34,984 nucleotides of DNA from Patescibacteria group bacterium. GTDB taxonomy: Bacteria; Patescibacteriota; Microgenomatia; Levybacterales; UBA12049. Positions 33,936 through 34,984 of this stretch are shown here, in pieces. The stretch spans positions 1 through 34,984 of the forward strand of contig JAMCYD010000029.1 of assembly GCA_023473785.1 (NCBI GenBank). Reading direction: 5' to 3'. The first letter of the stretch is position 1. Every line of letters starts with the position of its first letter. Below the pieces are notes generated by a model. The model worked only from the letters and a program-made list of their open reading frames with translations. It had not been told where the DNA came from and did no database searches. The position numbers were made by a program, and so were the translations under genes.

Positions 33936-34964
33936 TTAAAATCTAAAAGTGTTCCTGAGAAGCCCTGTCCATCCTCCTCTTTGTCCGGGAGTTTGTATCT
34001 TAGTAAAGTAGGCAGCTGTACTTCTTCCAGCACCCATTGGCACACTAGCTCCTACTCCAATTGCGGCACCGACTGTAGATAGATCAATCTTAGGAGCCTT
34101 AAGAGCTGCTTTCATCATGTTGACAATATTGGGAGTAGCGAGGATTATTCCAAGTCCAATAAGCGCGCCGATTGCCTTTGTGTCTGATGGGTTAGCAATA
34201 AGAGGAGGGACAAACTGTCCGGTTGTCTGCGTCGATCCAAAAGCATCAATAAAAACTCTTGCTATGAGAAACATTACAATTGTTGCAGGAAAAGCTGCGA
34301 GATTGGCTACGATATCCCTGATCCAGGTATTAAAGCTTAATTGGCTTCCCGGAAAAAGGCCTGCTACGACCCAAAAGGGCGCAAAAACCACATCTAAAAG
34401 AATCATAACGTATGCTGATATAAGTGCGAACCAGAGCCGAATCAGCGCCCAAAGAATAGCAATCGAGATAATCAGAAAAGCAATAGTTGAAGCAACAAAC
34501 CCTACAATTGTCTTTGCGAAAAGAAAGCCTGCAGCTCCTCCTACGAGACCGCCTACAACAGCACCTACAGTATTGCCAATAGTCCATCCCGCAGCAGTAC
34601 CTGTGCCTGGCGCTCCAAATATTGTTCCTAGGGCAGCCCCTCCGATCCCAAATACCGTCTTGAAGACGCCACCGGCTTTTTTCCCGATAGCTTGCCCGAC
34701 AAATCCACCGATTAATCCAACTATGACTTTCCCCGGCGGATTATCGGCAAGGGGAGCAATAAAATTTCCAACTGATTTTGCAGGTTTCCACGCAATATCA
34801 GCAAGTCCGAGCTGTAGTCCGAGCTTTTCTCCTCCCCCGCCCATATTGTTTGCAGCCTCAATAGGATTAGAGGATTGAGCTATCTTCATCACTGTATCTT
34901 CTTTCTGTAAATTTGGATCAGCAGACGTAATTACATTTCCTGTTAAGTAAATAGATGTATACAT
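33936..34964 (-). CDS. glycine-rich polytopic membrane protein, candidate VirB6/TrbL-like channel component
   Basis: 342 aa. Gly-zipper segments (GLIGGFVGQAIG, GIGGAALGTIFGAPGTGTAAG, GAVVGGLVGGAAG) are followed by TM helices. The pattern LISAYVMILLDVVFAPFWVVAGLFPGSQLSFNTWIRDIVANL resembles the TrbL/VirB6 core. An alternative start exists at Met26. Confidence 0.4.
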   Translation of the reverse strand: MYTSIYLTGNVITSADPNLQKEDTVMKIAQSSNPIEAANNMGGGGEKLGLQLGLADIAWKPAKSVGNFIAPLADNPPGKVIVGLIGGFVGQAIGKKAGGVFKTVFGIGGAALGTIFGAPGTGTAAGWTIGNTVGAVVGGLVGGAAGFLFAKTIVGFVASTIAFLIISIAILWALIRLWFALISAYVMILLDVVFAPFWVVAGLFPGSQLSFNTWIRDIVANLAAFPATIVMFLIARVFIDAFGSTQTTGQFVPPLIANPSDTKAIGALIGLGIILATPNIVNMMKAALKAPKIDLSTVGAAIGVGASVPMGAGRSTAAYFTKIQTPGQRGGWTGLLRNTFRF

Positions 34965-34984
34965 AATATCGATTAAAAAGCCTG

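Noticed and set aside
34117-34878. 253-aa plus-strand ORF rich in Pro, Ala and Thr
   Set aside because: It is the antisense shadow of the glycine-rich 342-aa gene, because GGN codons read as NCC on the other strand. The minus-strand frame has coherent TM helices, so that frame is the real gene.
10532-34964. Calling the accessory block an integrative conjugative element or prophage
   Set aside because: No integrase, relaxase, coupling protein, replication or capsid/terminase genes were recognised. No flanking direct repeats or tRNA target were seen. Only the mating-pair-formation-like genes are present.
1-34984. Alternative genetic code (UGA recoding as in some CPR lineages)
   Set aside because: Long ORFs are intact under the standard code. 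TGA terminates at least one well-delimited gene (18341-18343) at a position consistent with the family's usual length.

Overview
The window reads as an origin-of-replication neighbourhood from a small, AT-rich bacterial genome using the standard genetic code (TGA acts as a stop, e.g. 18341-18343). The gene content suggests Candidate Phyla Radiation / Patescibacteria: a DUF4012-type protein, two TIGR02436-like four-helix-bundle proteins, and a minimal PrgI/VirB4-type secretion locus. That taxonomic call is an inference, not a database result.

Left part (1-10530), ordinary core genes:
- On the minus strand: valS (edge-truncated and absent from the ORF track, recovered by hand), a DUF4012 protein, RNase HI, an O-antigen-ligase-like membrane protein, then the classical jag-yidC-yidD-rnpA-rpmH block. 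rpmH is also absent from the track and was recovered by hand.
- On the plus strand: dnaA and dnaN, with DnaA-box clusters on both sides of dnaA.

Right part (10532-34964), accessory:
- A tightly packed minus-strand operon encodes a PrgI/VirB3-like fusion, a VirB4-N-domain-like protein, the VirB4 ATPase, a three-domain cell-wall enzyme (SLT + M23 + YkuD-like) and a membrane-anchored unknown protein.
- Next come an HldC/RfaE-II-like nucleotidyltransferase and a glutaredoxin-like gene.
- An operon follows: a small acidic protein, a 1612-aa membrane protein ending in a GT9 (heptosyltransferase-like) domain, and a kinase-like protein lacking the catalytic Asp.
- Then an HExxH membrane protein and four tandem VirB2/TrbC-like pilin paralogues, one fused to a large extracellular domain.
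- Then an AAA-ATPase/OmpR-type winged-helix regulator flanked by two four-helix-bundle genes that sit inside inverted repeats.
- Last, a ~1000-aa orphan protein and a glycine-rich polytopic VirB6/TrbL-like candidate.

No relaxase, coupling protein, integrase, tRNA, rRNA or CRISPR array was recognised in the window. All domain calls come from motif recognition by eye; no HMM or BLAST searches were run.
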